Made by a program: the position numbers and the translations under genes. A stretch of 64,000 nucleotides of DNA from Octopus sinensis (taxonomy: Eukaryota), in NCBI RefSeq assembly GCF_006345805.1, contig NC_043004.1:81592001-81656000 (forward strand), written 5' to 3'. Positions 62,871 to 64,000 of the stretch are shown piece after piece. Position 1 is the stretch's first letter; each line of letters starts with the position of its first letter. A model generated the notes under the pieces. It saw only the letters and a list, made by a program, of their open reading frames with translations, was not told the origin of the DNA and did no database searches.

Positions 62871-64000
62871 TTGTTTTGTTGTTTGAGGCAAGTGACATTT
62901 TAGTTCAGATTAATTGCTGAAGTAATTAGAGTGAAAATATAACCGTGTTAATATTTGATCAACATTAATGAATCATTAGTGGGCAATTTATTTAATGAGG
63001 GGTCAGTTATAATTATTGGTCTGCCGTTGATGACGAAGACGATGACAATGACGATGATGATGTCAATGATGACGATGACGATGATGCTAATAATAATGAA
63101 GACGCCGACGACGATGACGATATGTCCGACGGTGTAATTATTATTTTCTTTTAAATAAAGGATGAGGTGAATGTATGTTTAGTAACATGATTCAAGTGGG
63201 ACGATGGCAACAGGTGAATCATGGCCCACAAGGGGCCCACTGTGGTGTTCTTTAGGGCCTTGAACCTTTCGAAAACAATTGCTCAAATATAATATACTTG
63301 TCGACCATTGAGACAAATACAAATGTATCGAAGAACTGTGTCATTTGAGAGAGGAATTTTACAAATTAATAATTAATCTTAATCCCCAAGAATATCTTAA
63401 TCTATCTGAATGAAAGCAGAATAACTGACTCCGCCAAAGTGTGTCATTTTTTCCCCTTCTATTAGTTCACATAATCTCATTAGAAGTCATTTGAGCCCCT
63501 TCAGAAACTGTTACACTTTGGAAATTATTTACGTGTTTTTACAATGATTACGATCTCTTCCTTGTAAACAGAAGTTTGTAATTTTCAAATGTTTATTTAA
63601 TTTACTACGAGACAGAGATTCGTTTGTCATTTTATATCTGCATACCACATTGAGTGGTAATGGCTGGTTTTCATTTCCAGTTCAAGAAAAAAAAAAAAAA
63701 AATTCAAAAATTATCTGCTGCCACAGGAATTTCTGACATTTGAAACATTCTTATCATCAGATTGTCATTCGTCAAAGCTATGCTTCTTTTTCAGAATTTT
63801 ATTCATTTTATGGCGGTGAGCTGGCAGAAACGTTAGCACGCCGGGCGAAATGCGTAGCCGTATTTCGTCTGCCGCTACGTTCTGAGTTCAAATTCCGCCG
63901 AGGTCGACTTTGCCTTTCATCCTTTCGGGGTCGATAAATTAAGTACTAGTTACGCCCTGGGGTCGATAAATTAAGTACCAGTTACGCACTGGGATCGATG

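Noticed and set aside
62278-62898. 206-aa Ser/Pro/Leu-rich ORF as a further PDE exon
   Set aside because: It is the polypyrimidine low-complexity tract of the intron upstream of the 62277 acceptor; no PDE motifs.

Overview
AT-rich, repeat-dense animal DNA, most likely an octopod cephalopod (inferred from the SINE and microsatellite landscape). Three intron-containing genes can be reconstructed by hand from splice sites. (1) LMBRD1 (lysosomal cobalamin exporter), minus strand: coding exons 1-7 run from ATG 23687 to 1366, and the rest lies left of the window. (2) PRIM2 (DNA primase large subunit), plus strand: a complete 11-exon CDS, 30074-51501, 1557 nt / 518 aa, with all four Fe-S cysteines present; it is divergent from LMBRD1. 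(3) The last two coding exons of a PDE7-like phosphodiesterase, minus strand, convergent with PRIM2; it carries a ~320-aa C-terminal tail with five RRxS motifs. The remaining sequence is transposon-derived or tandem repeat: several modular tRNA-derived SINE families, a dead DD34D mariner, a deleted DD41D-like element, three Helitrons (one with a PIF1 helicase ORF), piggyBac and hAT MITEs, GG-ended MITEs carrying CCCTAA repeats, near-perfect fold-back palindromes beside (TA)n tracts, higher-order minisatellites and a ~925-bp tandem duplication. Most long ORFs in the track are microsatellite artefacts. No CRISPR, rRNA or bona fide tRNA gene is supported. I found no clear-cut new multi-gene system; the best leads are the PDE tail, the palindromes and the telomere-repeat MITEs. 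Comparisons to human genes are from memory and need checking.
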